Positions 51,243-64,000 of a stretch of 64,000 nucleotides of DNA are shown piece after piece. The notes beneath the pieces are model-generated. The model worked only from the letters and a program-made list of their open reading frames with translations, did no database searches and was not told where the DNA came from. This DNA is from Podarcis vaucheri (lineage: Eukaryota): assembly GCA_965113315.1 (NCBI GenBank), contig OZ220368.1; one strand, written 5' to 3'. A program made the translations under genes and the position numbers. Every line of letters starts with the position of its first letter. Position 1 is the stretch's first letter.

Positions 51243-52026
51243 CATCAACTGGGGCTGGGGGGGGGCTGGTGAAAAGTCAGTGCAGGGATTTGAGGAGGAA
51301 TGTTGGACTGCAATTCTTGAAAATGTATGCTGTTTTAAAACTGGTTAGCCTCAAAAAGTGGGTTAGTTGACTCAGACTTTAAATAACCAAAGGGCTTGCT
51401 TTGCATCCACAATGTACTTGTTTAAACGCTCACTTGAAACGTTTTAGGTTGTACACCAAACATTTAATGTGCGAAGAGGCCCTTTGACTGACATCACAGT
51501 CCTGCCATATCCCTGCAAACCCCATGGCTGCCAAATGCAGCAATATTAGCGCTGAAGCTAGCAATTCTCTTTAGGTGAGAACCTGGCTTCTCTTCTATTA
51601 CTCACAGAGACATCCAACTGGGGGAGGAATGGAATGAATTCCCCATGTTAATGTGTTTATGCCGCCACGTATCCTTTTATTAATTTGCCTTTTAAAAACT
51701 GATTGATCTGATGTCCAGCAATTGCTGTTGCTGCCTTCGGTAACAAATTGCGTGTTTACTTAGCCACATTTCCAGACTGCTGATAGTCTCTGACAGGTGC
51801 CATTAAAGAACATGTTTTTTACGAGAGCGGAACATTTTTCATGCAACGTGAATAGAGGCAAAAAGATGTATTAAAGTGTAATCATGGTGCTTGGAAGGTT
51901 CTGGCAGGAGACTGGCCACCATGTAGGGAGGACTGCATTTAATCCTGTGTTCTGAGCAGGGCGTATGACTCTGAGAGGAGCAGGGACAGAATTTTTGAGG
52001 GGTTCCCCATTCACTATACCATGTGC

Positions 52027-52738
52027 CAGAGGTTTTCAACCTTTCTGAGTCCAAGGCTCCCTTGACCAACTATATTCTTTCTGTGGCACCCCTGTGGGGC
52101 TCAGGGGCCCAGTTATGTCACCCCTTGCCTGCAGCCTCTCATCCTTTCTTGAACACCCTCCTTTGTAGAGAGCCAGTGTGGTGTAGTAGTTAAGAGCAGT
52201 GGACTCGTAATCTGGTGAACTGGGTTTGATTCCCTGCTCCTCCACATGAAGCTGCTGGGTGACTTTGAGCTAGTCACGCTTCTCTGAAGTCTCTCAGCCT
52301 CACTCACCTCACAGGGTGTTTGTGGTGGGGCAGGAAGGGAAAGGAGAATGTTAGCCTCTTTGAAACTCCTTAGGGTAGCGATAAAGCGGGATATCAAATC
52401 CAAACTTCTTCTTCTTCTTGGGTGTTCCCTCAGCCTCCTCTCCTCTCCCTTCTCCTTGGGAGTCCTCCGGGCAGCTGTTGCTTGCCCCCCCCGGTCTCTG
52501 AGCTGCCCCTCCACCCCAAAAGAGGTTCCCCCTCACATTGCCCCACAGGGGCCTGGGGAGCTTGTGGCCAGGGCTGCTGCAACAAACAGCTGTGCAAGCC
52601 TTTGGGAGGCAGAGACGCAAGAGGGCATCAGAGGAGGGAGGAAAGGAAAGAAGGACAGAGGCCAGTGTTGCCCGTGGCACCCCTGACCATCACTGAAGGC
52701 ACCCCAGGGTGCCATGGCACACTGGTTGAAAACCTCTG
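52027..52738. mobile_element. hAT-type non-autonomous element with a nested Squam3 SINE
   Basis: TIRs CAGAGGTTTTCAACC / GGTTGAAAACCTCTG and 8-bp TSD CCATGTGC. Confidence 0.88.
52168..52420 (+). mobile_element. Squam3 SINE
   Basis: Full length, with (CTT)n tail. Confidence 0.88.
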
Positions 52739-53954
52739 CCATGTGCTAACGCCATTCTCTATGTGCTAACGCCATTCGCCTCTAGCTGTGAAAACCCCCA
52801 AAGAGAGAAAATGTGCATGCAATCCATTAAAAAGCATATTGATTTGATGTCAGAAAGAGTGTGTTAAGATATGCCTCTAGAATTTGAAGACAATTTTATA
52901 AAGTTCGCTTGCAAACATGCCTTGAGTCCTTCTGCATCTGGGATCCATAAACAAACACAAACAAATCTAAGGAATATATTTATACACAATGACAAACCAC
53001 ATTCAGATTACTGTAGATGTTACATTACTGTAGGAAATTTGGGTGGCGCTCAACATCGGGCACTATTACAATTGCCCATCAGTGTAAACATTTTTGTTTG
53101 CCAGGCAGAACAATCTCCTGTCTCCTCCCCCCCTTGCTGTTTTGGGGGATCTCTTGACTCTTCCAAGCAGATTTTGGGGGAGGCATTGGGCATAGAGGGG
53201 GGAGGAGAAGCTCACAGTGTGCTACTGGGAGTCCTTGCACTGGCTTCTGCCAGCACGCAAGGTTAGTTGAATCCGGCCTTGGATAACTTATTCTTCTGAG
53301 CAGCAAAATCAGCAATGAGATTATCAGGAGACATTTCTCTCTAAAATCTTATTCTGTAGGGAGAACAGATAACGATCACAGCCTTGACTGCTGCATTGCT
53401 TACCATAATTTACTTTTCATAAGATATGATTTAGAGAATTCTCTTTCTCCTTCACCGTTTGAAATAGGCAGAGTTAGTTAAAGATTATCATCAGCTATGA
53501 TACATTTTGGAAACACCTCTACCAGGTTCTTACTCTAAGTGATCTTCAAACGACTTTATGCAATAATCCCAGGTCCATTACATCCTTCTGCAGTATCCAA
53601 GAAGAAAATGAAATATTTCAGATCAGGGAACAGAGATTTGAAGATCTTTTAGGTAAGCTCTCACTAAAGCTACTGCATTCCTTTTCGAGTGTAGCGTTAT
53701 TTTGGGAAGAGTGATAAAGTCTTGTCTGGAATTGAATTAAACTCACAATTTCTGGGGAAACCCAGCTCTTGTTCAGTTCCACTTGAGAGATTGTAGTATG
53801 TTCGAACCATTCATTTGTCTCTGCCAGTTAGCTTGCCATCACCTGGGAAAAGTGATTTGTGTTTCCATGTTGTTCCTCTTTCATCTGTTAGGATTTTGTT
53901 GACACAGTCAAATCTTTGAAGGACTTTATGCCCAAATTGCTGCCATGAAATGTA

Positions 53955-54213
53955 CCGTATTTTTTGCTCTATAAGACTCACTTTTCCCCTCCTAAAAAGT
54001 AAGGGGAAATGTGTGTGCGTCTTATGGAGCGAATGCAGGCTGTGCAGCTATCCCAGAAGCCAGAACAGCAAGAGGGATCGCTGCTTTCACTGCACAGCGA
54101 TCCCTCTTGCTGTTCTGGCTTCTGAGATTCAGAATATTTTCCCCCTTGTTTTCCTCCTCCAAAAACTAGGTGCGTCTTGTGGTCTGGTGCATCTTATAGA
54201 GCGAAAAATACGG
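53955..54213. mobile_element. Tc1/mariner (Tc2/pogo-like) MITE
   Basis: TA|CCGTATTTTTTGCTCTATAAGA...TCTTATAGAGCGAAAAATACGG|TA. Confidence 0.88.
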
Positions 54214-54810
54214 TATTTCAAATATATTTCAAATATTTGGTAAAAACAAAGAGTTTGCCTCCTATTTAAACTGCCACCTTATCATTGACACTGCCACTCA
54301 TTGACAATTTTCATGTTGAAATCTTCAAAATTCCCTGTCACAGGACAAGAGGAACCTGTGCGGCTGGTTCTACAAAGGACTATCTTGTTTGCGACAGATT
54401 TTTCAAAGTGAACTTTTGGATGATTATTTTGAATCAATGGTCAATGTTGCCTTCCCTCTTCTGGCAGTGTCAAGTTAGAACGGATCCTCCTCTCCTGGCA
54501 GCAGGGGGAGTAGAGGGCCAGAGGAGTATCCTGGTACCATCTTGGATGGAAGGGGGTTGTTCACAGTTTGAGAAAACAAGGGCTTGTTGGCCCTTGAGAA
54601 ATGGCCCTTGTGACCCAACCGATCTAGAAGTGACTTTCATGGAACTGAAAGCTGTTAAATATACAGGGCGGAGCCTTGGCCTTCACGATCCAAGCTGTCA
54701 CTTCTGTTGGGACAGATAGGCCCTATTGATACCAGAAAGATGGCACTACTGCCCCTTATGCTCGCAAAAGTATGTTTAATAATTGTTGAAAATGATATGT
54801 TAAAAAACTA

Positions 54811-55052
54811 CCGTATTTTTTGCTCTATAAGACGCACCAGACCACAAGATGCACCTAGTTTTTGGAGGAGGAAAACAAGAGAAAAAAAATATTCTGGATC
54901 CCAGAAGCCAGAACAGCAAGAGGGATCGCTGCCCTCTTGCTGTTCTGGCTTCTGTGATAGCTGCGCAGCCTGCATTCGCTCCATAAGATGCACACACATT
55001 TCCCCTTACTTTTTAGGAGGGAAAATTGAGTCTTATAGAGCAAAAAATACAG
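54811..55052. mobile_element. Tc1/mariner (Tc2/pogo-like) MITE, inverted relative to 53955-54213
   Basis: Same TIRs and TA TSD, with the internal sequence reverse-complemented. Confidence 0.88.
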
Positions 55053-55360
55053 TAATTACACACACACACACACACACACACAGTGTAGGCAATACTCAGG
55101 AGCAGTGGGCTTATGGATGATCCCCCTAGGATGGCTTTGTACATTATGTTAGTTGTGAAGCACTCCGTTAATATTGTTATGAGTTTGTGGGTACCAGACT
55201 CTTAGTCCCTGCACCCAGCAGATGTTAAAAGTTAAATAAGGCAGGCAGTTTCCTCTTGAGGTGAGCCATTTAGAGAATATAATGAAGGTGATCAGCCATG
55301 AAGAAAGCCAAAGAGAGAGGACTCAGAGTTAGTTAGAAGGCAAAGGCAGAGTTTGTAGTA

Positions 55361-55624
55361 CAGTGGTGCCTCGCAAGACGAAATTAATTCGTTCTGCGAG
55401 TTTTTTCATCTTGCGAATTTTTCGTCTTGAGAAGCACGGTTTCCCATAGGAATGCATTGAAACGGTTTCCCATAGAAAAAAGAAAACAAACTTGCAAGAC
55501 GTTTTCGTCTTGTGAAGCAAGCCCATAGGGAAATTCGTCTTGCGAAGCAACTCAAAAAACGAAAAACTCTTTCGTCTTGCGAGTTTTTCGTCTGGCAAGG
55601 CATTCGTCTTGCGAGGTACCACTG
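55361..55624. mobile_element. Tc1/mariner (Tigger-like) MITE
   Basis: TA|CAGTGGTGCCTCGCAAGACGAA...TTCGTCTTGCGAGGTACCACTG|TA, with internal TCGTCTTGCGA repeats. Confidence 0.88.
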
Positions 55625-55767
55625 TAGATATTTTTAGAGCAAGCTGGAGAGAGGGGCAGAGCACGATGCCTGATATTTGCTTAGATCCAGAGCTGTGCCT
55701 ATGGGAAAAGCAACACCCTCTCGGAGTGTTAACGCTGTGAACCCCTCCATCATGGGCTTAGGTTGTA

Positions 55768-56009
55768 CAGTGGTACCTCTAGTTACAAACTTAATTTGTT
55801 CCGGAGGTCCATTCTTAAGCTGAAACCGTTCTTATCCTGAGGCACGCTTTCACTAACAGGGCCTCCCGCTGTGCACATGCCTCCGGTGTGAAATTTCCGT
55901 TCGCATCCTGGGGCAAAGATCACAGCCAGGAGCAGCTACTTCTGGGTTAGCGGAGCTCATAACCTGAAGCGTTTGTAACCAGAAGCATTTGTAACCAGAG
56001 GTACCACTG
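55768..56009. mobile_element. Tc1/mariner (Tigger-like) MITE
   Basis: CAGTGGTACCTC TIRs. The right end was the target of a Bov-B insertion. Confidence 0.82.
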
Positions 56010-56010
56010 T

Positions 56011-56286
56011 TGTTGTTTAGTCGTTTAGTTGTGTCCGACTCTTTGTGACCCCATGGACCAGAGCACGCCAGGCACTCCTGTCTTCCACTGCCTCCTGCAG
56101 TTTGGTCAAACCCATGCTGGTAGCTTCAAGAACACTGTCCAACCATCTCATCCTCTGTCATCCCCTTCTCCTTGTGCCCTCAATCTTTCCCAACATCAGG
56201 GTCTTTTCCAGAGGTCTTCTCTTCTCATGAGGTGGCCAAAGTATTGGAGCCTCAGCTTCACGATCTGTCCTTCCAGTGAGCACTCA
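56011..56286 (-). mobile_element. Bov-B LINE 3' fragment
   Basis: Similar to the 41019 copy. Apparent TSD GT(A/G)CCACTGT at 56001-56010 and 56295-56304. Confidence 0.88.
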
Positions 56287-57611
56287 ATATATGTGTGCCA
56301 CTGTATAATGTGTAAATGAACCATATATCATAAAGACACCGCAGTCACACCCTGGGTGAGCACGCCTGGAACCCCTGGAATCTCGCACCGCTCAGAGATT
56401 GGGGTGGCATGCAACAACAGTTCTCTTCCACCGCCATTCCATGCTGTACACCTGCTTATGCATTCCTGATTTGTTAGAACCAAAAAAGGTCCCTGATTAA
56501 AAGAAGAAATACAATGGGTGGAATTCAAATGGGTTGCGCTCTTCCAGTCATTCCAACTGCACAAGCATTTCAGCTGATCAACCAGAATGATCCCACGTCT
56601 CCTTTATTCCCCCTCCATGCCGTTCCCTCTTTATTTTGGGGGATGCATTTTCCTTTTTGGGACAATGCATAAGTGCCCAGGCCCCCGCTGTCTGCAGCTT
56701 ACAGAAGTTGACAAAATGCAGCAGTGCCAATGCTGAATATGCTCTCTTGTGTATGAGGCCCCTCCATGCAGAAAACCCTGGGGCAATTGCCCCCAGTACC
56801 CCTCTCTTGCAAAGCCCCTGGTTCTAAGGATTGGGTGTACGACTGGGGTGGAAGGAACCGATGTCCTATTTCCGGTTATAAAATCAAGACCAGCATGCTG
56901 ACTAGAAGGCCGGTGGTGGAAGCTGTTTAAAGAAAAGGCAAAGATGGGAATAGAGGGCAGCAGGGTCAGAAGGAGAAGTAGTATGAATACAAAGAGAGCC
57001 CAAATGTCAATGAATGAGGCCTGATCTAAACACCCCAGGCCAATTGTTTTTCATTGTATTGCGAGGACATCCATTCATGCTGCAAAACAATACAATATTA
57101 TTTTCAGCCAAAAAGGTGGTTATCATGGAGAAGGCCTGGAGATTTATTTACCTCTACTCTCCCATCTTTATGTTGTTATTGTTGTAGGACAGTAGTCTGC
57201 GGGTGTGCATGAATTGCAAAAGATAGCGAGTGAATGTTTTTTGCTTTTGCTACTAACCAGAACTCACGTGTCGACGCTTAGAAAAACCGAGAGGTGAATT
57301 TCTGCAAGTAGCTTTTATGCTCTTTCCTGCATTTGCAGATTGATTAGCTGCAGTTTAGGTTTGGGAAGGTAGGCCATAAAATCAAGTGGCTGCATGGCTG
57401 AACTGTGATGCTATGACTCTGCTTTTCCGGCACTTAAAATAAATGTGGCTCCTTAATGTTGCCTTAATGTGACTTTATGGGTATATGCTGTCCCAGAATA
57501 TAGGAGCACAGTCTCTTTCTCTCTCTCTGCGATGCAGAGGACACTGGAAACTGAATGCAAGCTACAAATCAGGCAGATGGGAACACCGGCATTTCTCGGG
57601 ATGCTCTAACA

Positions 57612-57747
57612 CAGTGTTTACCAAGCTTTGGTCTCCAGCTGTTTTTGGACTACAACTCCCATCATCCCTAGCTAGCAAGACCAGTGGCCAGGGGTGATGG
57701 GAATTGTAGTCCGAAAAGAGCTGGAGACCCAAGGTTGGGAAACACTG
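57612..57747. mobile_element. Palindromic hAT/Charlie-type MITE
   Basis: Self-complementary, with TSD CTCTAACA. Confidence 0.85.
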
Positions 57748-57913
57748 CTCTAACAGAGAAGGGCACTTTAAGGGTTGAACTGCACATTATGTTTTCTGCG
57801 GGTGTAGACCTGAGATGTTTTAAGTATACATCTGAAAATAACCAAAAGGAGAAGAAACCCAATAAGCAAAACCCAAAAGGAGCTGTGGGAGCCTTTTTGC
57901 AGTCACCTGCTGG

Positions 57914-58559
57914 CAGGGCCATCTGAAGCATATCTGGTGCCGTGGTGCAAAGAAGAAGAAGAGTTTGGATTTGATATCCTGTTTTATCACTACCTTAAGG
58001 AGTCTCAAAGCGGCTAACATTCTCCTTTCCCTTCCTCCCCCACAACAAACACTCTGTGAGGTGAGTGGGGCTGAGAGACTTCAAAGAAGTGTGACTAGCC
58101 CAAGGTCACCCAGCAGCTGCATGTGGAGGAGAGGAGACGCGAACCCGGTTCACCAGATTACGAGTCCACCGCTCTTAACCACTACACCACACTGGCTTTC
58201 AAAGCTCCCTCCGGCGCACCCCCCCCCCGCTTCCCAGAGTTTTTTAGGGAGGACAGTGCTGCCGACGGGGCTGAAGGAGGCGGGCAGCGGCTGGAGGGCG
58301 GCTCCTCTGGTGGGGAAGAGGCAGAGGCTGGATGTGGCACTTCCTGGCTCAACTAGCCACTTCGTGCCACGGCGGCCATGGCAGACGGAGGCTCCAGGCG
58401 CAGTGCTGCTTTGGCGCAGGCAGCATGGCGGAGGCGGGCGAGGGTGGCGAGCTGATGATGGGAGGCGCTGCATCCAGCCTCTGCCTCCTCCCTGGCGCCC
58501 TCCAGAACTTGGCACCCTGACGCCCTGCGCCACTAGCCTCTATGGATAAGATGCCACTG
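57914..58559. mobile_element. hAT-type element with a nested Squam3 SINE
   Basis: Imperfect TIRs CAGGGCCATCT / AGATGCCACTG and TSD CCTGCTGG/CCTGCCGG. Confidence 0.7.
57950..58200 (-). mobile_element. Squam3 SINE
   Basis: Full length, with the (CTT)n tail on the minus strand. Confidence 0.88.
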
Positions 58560-59614
58560 CCTGCCGGTTGGAGTACAAATCTGCTGCTGGTAAACATTGC
58601 AATGTACTGAATGTGTTGTTACTTGCTAGAGCAGTTTGTGCACCCTCAACTTTCTTGCAACTTTGTGGGAAGAGACCCCACAATTCACATCCTTGAATTC
58701 CAAGGGCGTAAACATCTACTGCACAGGATTGGGACTCTGCCGATTATGTTCACATTGTCATGCTGGCATGCTTTGGCTGCACTCCCTCCCAAGACTGTTA
58801 TCTGTCTTGGGCACTGATTCATAGCACAGCTTTTAACACTCCCTTATAGACCATTAGGGCCCAACTCACATGCAGGGGGACAATATCTCACCCAGGATGC
58901 GTTTCCTTCCTCCCTTTCCCCTACGCAGCAGGTGTGCTGTGCTCAGTATTATTGGCGCATGCAAGACCCCATCATTCTAAATTAATTCTGTATTCATCAT
59001 CCCAGCTATAATTTATTTATTTAGCCGTAATTAATTTAGACTTAATGTGGATGAAATATGTACTGTCCTCGCGGGGGCAACTGCACGGCCCACATAGGCT
59101 TTAGTTAAAAGGACCATTAAGACCAACCCTTCCTGCGATCCATTAGGCCAGTCTCTCTCCAGTGAAGAAGATTAAGCCCTGCTGTGTGAAATGTCATGCA
59201 TAATTGGGTCGATTGCTGCTTTAAACTCTGCCCCTTCGTCCACATCCCTTTCTCTTCATTTTGAGTACTTCTCTTCTTCAGAAGATCTCTTGGCCTCCCT
59301 TGCTCAGAACAGTGACTCACTCCATCCTGGTTTTCTGCCGCAGGCAGAGCTGTGTACATCCCACCCTTAAAATAAAAATTGGTGCCCAGGTAATCCATAC
59401 TATGTACGACCAAGAAAAGCTGCATGCATTGTGCCAATCTGCATTCCCTTTTTTACCTAATTTATTCTAGTTTTGCTGGTCCTTGGAAGGGGCAAATACC
59501 TATACAGGGCTCTGAAACCCTGCCTTCCACTTCTCAAAAGTGGATATAGGAATGGCTCTGGCTTCTGAGATTTCAGCAGGCATTACCCATACACTCTAGG
59601 CTAGTTCTCAAGAG

Positions 59615-60075
59615 CATAGCTGTCAGCTTACAGATTTGAAAATAAGGGATCAGCAGCCAAAATAAGGGATTTTCCAGGCACAGGTATGTTCAACTTCTGA
59701 GCCCCTCCGAGCCAAAGGCAGAAAGCCCAGCCGGCAGCCAAACGAAGCCTCAAGCAGTGGTTCCCACAGCGCAGCAACGGGGATGCAGCAAGGAAAACCA
59801 CCGTCACCTCTCCGCTGGGAAGCGCTGAGCAAAGGCGAGTCCCCAGGCAATGCGGCCGATTTGATCGGCACAAGGCATGCAAGCTCCACCCCCCAGTTGT
59901 TCTTAGACTCCTTGTTGGGTGAGCAACGCAGCCAAGCAACACAGTTGGAGCCTCCCTCCTCCCTGGCCGGCAGGGAGGGAGGGAGAGGAGCTGCTTCCTT
60001 TGAAACCCGGGAAATTTAAGGGACATCATCAATAAGGGACTTTCCCCCCCAAATAAGGGACAGTTGACCGCTATG
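59615..60075. mobile_element. hAT-type non-autonomous element 140 bp upstream of LHX4 exon 3
   Basis: TIRs CATAGCTGTCAGCT / AGTTGACCGCTATG, perfect TSD CTCAAGAG and repeated AATAAGGGA subterminal motifs. Confidence 0.85.
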
Positions 60076-60215
60076 CTCAAGAGTCGTATGAGCAAAAAAT
60101 TGTGTTCAGCTGAAATCTTTGCCTAATGCTACTTTCTGTGCTTTTTTTCTGCACCAAGTACAGTATATATATTGCTCTGGTTATAGGCATAGTCTTTTTT
60201 TGTTCTCCTCTGCAG

Positions 60216-60418
60216 GCGTTTTGGTACAAAATGTACAGCGTGCCAGCAGGGGATTCCACCCACACAGGTGGTCAGGAAAGCCCAGGACTTCGTCTATCAC
60301 CTGCACTGCTTTGCCTGCATCATCTGCAATCGCCAACTGGCCACAGGTGATGAGTTCTACCTCATGGAAGACGGACGCCTGGTGTGCAAGGAAGACTATG
60401 AGACGGCCAAGCAGAACG
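60216..60418 (+). CDS. LHX4: LHX4 coding exon (exon 3, LIM domain 2)
   Basis: Acceptor ttctcctctgcag| and donor G|GTAGGG. 203 nt, in phase with exon 2. Encodes [67 protein letters not shown]. Confidence 0.97.
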
Positions 60419-60724
60419 GTAGGGATTCAGCAAACATGCCAGGTGTTCCTCTGTGGCAAGATACAGTTGCTTCTGGACAAACAGACAAGAGAACTTGTGT
60501 GAATTAGGAAAAAAAATGGTTCTTTTTCTTTCAGGTGAACATCAGTGGTGGCCAGGGAAGGGGGCAGGTGCAGGAAGGGCAAAGGATATTTCTAGGTTGG
60601 CAAGGTATGAAAGAAAATTATGTTAATGACAGGAGTCCAGCAGTGGGGGGCAAGCTCCTTATTTTTTGGGGGGGCACTTGCTTCTCTTTTCTCCTCTGGC
60701 ACCACCTAGTGTTAGCATTAAGTA

Positions 60725-61212
60725 CCATATTGTTCGCCGTATAGGACACACTTTTCCCCCTCCAAAAATGAAGGGGAAATGTGTGTGCGTCCTATGGGGC
60801 AAATGCAGGCTTTCGCTGAAGCCTGGAGAGCGAGAGGGGTCGGTGCGCACCGACCCCTCTCCTCTCCAGGCTTCAGGAAGCTATCCGCAAGCCTTGGGAG
60901 CCCACGGGAGTTTTTGCCGGTCTTCCAAGGCTTGCGGAGAGCTGTCTGTATCCCGAAGCCCAGGGCGCGCTGAGTAGCGCACCCCTTGGCTTCGGGCAGA
61001 TATCCGCAAACCTGGGGAGACCGGTGCGACTTCCCGCCGGGCTCCCTAGGCTTGCGGATAGCAGCCTGTTCTGGGGGCTGGGGTCGGGGGAAGCTTGGGC
61101 TTTCCCCGCCCCAGCCCTGTGCCTGGGGGGAAATAATTTTTTTCCTTTACCCCCCCAAAAAAAACTAGGTGCGCCCTATGGGCCGGTGCACCCTATGGGG
61201 CGAAAAATACGG
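60725..61212. mobile_element. Tc1/mariner (Tc2/pogo-like) MITE, longer GC-rich variant
   Basis: TA|CCATATTGTTCGCC...GGCGAAAAATACGG|TA. Shares AAGGGGAAATGTGTGTGCGTC with the 53955 copy. Confidence 0.8.
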
Positions 61213-63653
61213 TACACGTGAGCAGAAAAGGTAGCAAACCTGTTTATGGGAAATGACAATTGAAATTTGTTTGCAAGGCAGGAACTGAACCCTCTGGGAA
61301 CCTGGGATCCAATCCTGGCACATGGATACACATACGGGACATCAGTTCTGGCTAGTTTCATTTGCAAGTGTGCCGTGAATGGAAGTGAAACCAAATGCCG
61401 GTACCACTCTAGGGTGTACACCCTGTACCGTGGGGTGGCTTGCCTGAGCTGGGGAATGGAGAGTCGTGCCATGAGCTCTCCTGCTCTTCTCCAATCGTGT
61501 CACCCCTCCTGCTGCCTTGGGCCACTTGATGTTGTTGCCCAAACGTTGCAGGCTGGCTCCTTCTGCTGTGCAAGGTCTGGAGCAAAGCGCTGCTGCGTTC
61601 CAGCTCAAAACTCCATACTCCAGACACAAAGCCTGGCCTTGTTTCTTGGGGAGATTTCTATGTCTCAGGAAAGGAGGAATGCCTTGGACGAACAGTGCTA
61701 AGAGACAGCAAGGACATGGCCAGGTGGCAGCTAAGCCTGGACGCCGAACTTTGCAGTTTGTAGCTTTCCCATTTGAATGATGTACCTGCTTCCCTTGGAT
61801 TTCAAGGGCTGTCCTACTGAAACCATGTCTTCTCGAGATTTAATGTACCTCACCAAATCTCCTTCTGGAGTTCTGTGCACACAAAACTTCTTTTTCCTTA
61901 TCGCACAAGGAGTTGCAGTAGATGGGCATATTACCAAGCGAACACACATCCTACTGGAATGGACAGTATTACCTGAAAAAACACAGGTGCAGGGAACTGG
62001 GAAAAGGCAGCCAGAACCTGCCCATTTCACTAGGCATGAACAACGGCCTGGCTCTTTCCTGCCACCCTAGGATCTCCACCTCTTTTCCAGCACATTGTTT
62101 TCTCTCTTGCTGTTAGCCTCCTCAGCCTGAATCTCTTTGCATAACATCATCTTTGGCACATCCTCAGCTTGGGCAAAATGGCTGTGCCAGGGTACATGGA
62201 AGCACGGAGCAGGGGCAGGTCTTGAGCATCTAATTGTTCAGTTCCTCCCGCAAGCTCCCGGAACTGGGCCAAATATTTGGTCCCCCCATGTATCTCCAAA
62301 AAGAATCTTATATTCCCAGGGGATTGATGAGCAACAGAGGGATGCATGCCATCTATTTTCTGTTTAAGATGCTCTGCATGAAGGAACATCAAGAGCCAAA
62401 AGCAACCCCCCCCCAAGCTCAGCTCTGCTTGAGGCAACAGAGTTGTATCTTACACAGCAGCTTAATCTGGCCCTTAACCCAAAGAGTCTCCCATTTTTCA
62501 TCCCGAGGTCTAAAATGCCAATATTTACTGTAGGTGAAAAACCCAGAATTGGGGGTGGGTTGAGGCAAGCGAGACAGAAAGAGGCTATAGATCACCAAAC
62601 ACTAATGAATCCACAGAGACTGCCAAACAGTGCCTGACTGAAATTAAAACTGAACTGGTCTTTAATGGATTTCATGTTGACAAGCCCTGACTTCTCATTA
62701 ATTAAGGACTCTATTTTGACCTAATCAATTTAGCTAGGGTGATGCAATGCCTATTTGTGCTAAGGGGATTGGTTTGGGGGGCAGGGCTAAGAGATCAGAG
62801 ATTGAATATTGCTCAATTTCTATTATTGACTCAGCGTTATCGATGGCTACAGTGTCATAAAGTTTTGCAGCCCTATGGGCTGCAAAGTAAGAGAGGAGGA
62901 ATTCCAAGGCGTGGACCAAACAGGATGGCTAAACTGTCTATATATGAAGGAAGGGGAGACTTGTGTTTCTAAAGAAATACATTTTGTTATCAGAGTACGT
63001 AGGATATTCTGTGGAGCATTTTTGGCTTTGGCAGTTATGCTTCTTCCAGAACATGCACTCTGTCCTTCAAGAAAAGAAAAAAGCTACTGTTAGAATGGCT
63101 GCTATATTGCGAGAGTTCAGAAATAAAGACAGGCACTTTTTACCCATTTCAGCCTGGCAACTTCAACCAGAGAGTATCCTCACACTAGCATTTTTATTGC
63201 TGATCTGATGATAGAGGCTGTTGCTGCTCTCCTTGAAATTCATAGGCAATTATCTGAGACTAAATCAGATTTGGGAGTCTGTTTATACATTTGTTTTAAC
63301 TGCAGAAAATTGCACGTGCTACTGCTTGCAGAACCAACTGACAGTGAGATCCATGATTTCTAGTTGAAGTGTTACTTAATTATAGAATCAAAAGCATGAG
63401 ACAGATGATAACAAACAAGGTCTGGGTTCTCTTATTTGTGTGCTTTTGCAAGCTGTGCAATCAAATGGCTCTAAATTGCCATTCAATAGCGTCAACCTAC
63501 TGTTAAAAGGACAGTGCAGGCTGGTTTTACCTTGTTCTCATTCCTGAGACAGCTTCCACTTTCAAAACTCACGGCACACATATACCTATATTCTGCCTAA
63601 GCTTCCGTTTCATGCTCTGTGTGCCAAAATAAAAGGAAACTGTTCTGTTACAG

Positions 63654-63808
63654 ACGATTCAGAAGCTGGAGCTAAGAGGCCTCGAACCACCATCACAGCC
63701 AAACAGTTGGAAACATTAAAAAATGCCTATAAAAACTCCCCCAAACCAGCAAGGCATGTGCGGGAGCAGCTGTCTTCTGAAACTGGATTGGACATGCGGG
63801 TTGTACAG
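63654..63808 (+). CDS. LHX4: LHX4 coding exon (exon 4, N-terminal part of the homeodomain); the gene continues beyond the window
   Basis: Acceptor ttctgttacag| and donor CAG|GTGAGC. 155 nt, in phase with exon 3. Encodes [51 protein letters not shown]. Too short to appear in the ORF track. Confidence 0.96.
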
Positions 63809-64000
63809 GTGAGCCAAATGGCACAGTGCAGATGCTGTCCTCAACTAAGTAATTGATTGATCTACAGCATTAATTACTTGCCATTAATTACTTGCCAGGT
63901 GGCATTAGCTGAGCTCATGCAGGAGAAATTTGTGTGTGCAAGAAGGAGGCAGCGGAGGTCCCTTTACCCGTGGGTTAAAATTCCACAATCCTGCACTTCA

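Overview
Vertebrate genomic DNA from a squamate reptile. The Sauria/Squam1 and Squam3 SINEs and Bov-B content point most likely to a lacertid lizard (inference). The window covers the 5' half of LHX4 (LIM-homeobox 4) on the + strand. It has a TE-poor CpG-island region (~1.2-8.9 kb) and three clear coding exons: 34732-34903 (LIM1), 60216-60418 (LIM2) and 63654-63808 (start of the homeodomain). The canonical MMQS... first exon is not visible and probably lies upstream, but a candidate alternative first coding exon sits at 7774-7816/7960. The main surprise is a full-length, intronless, intact URM1 retrocopy in intron 1 (insert 13974-15354, CDS 14057-14362). It has target-site duplications and a decayed poly(A) tail, and it carries an RFX X-box, two ETS sites and a YY1 motif at its 5' end. 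Also present: a perfect 189-bp Penelope-derived palindrome containing a minimal hammerhead-ribozyme motif, two related solo LTRs, about 13 Sauria SINEs, 4 Squam3 SINEs, Bov-B/RTE/CR1/L1/L2 fragments, many hAT and Tc1/mariner MITEs (often nested), microsatellites and a 128-N gap. Family names come from recall of consensus features, not from a database search.
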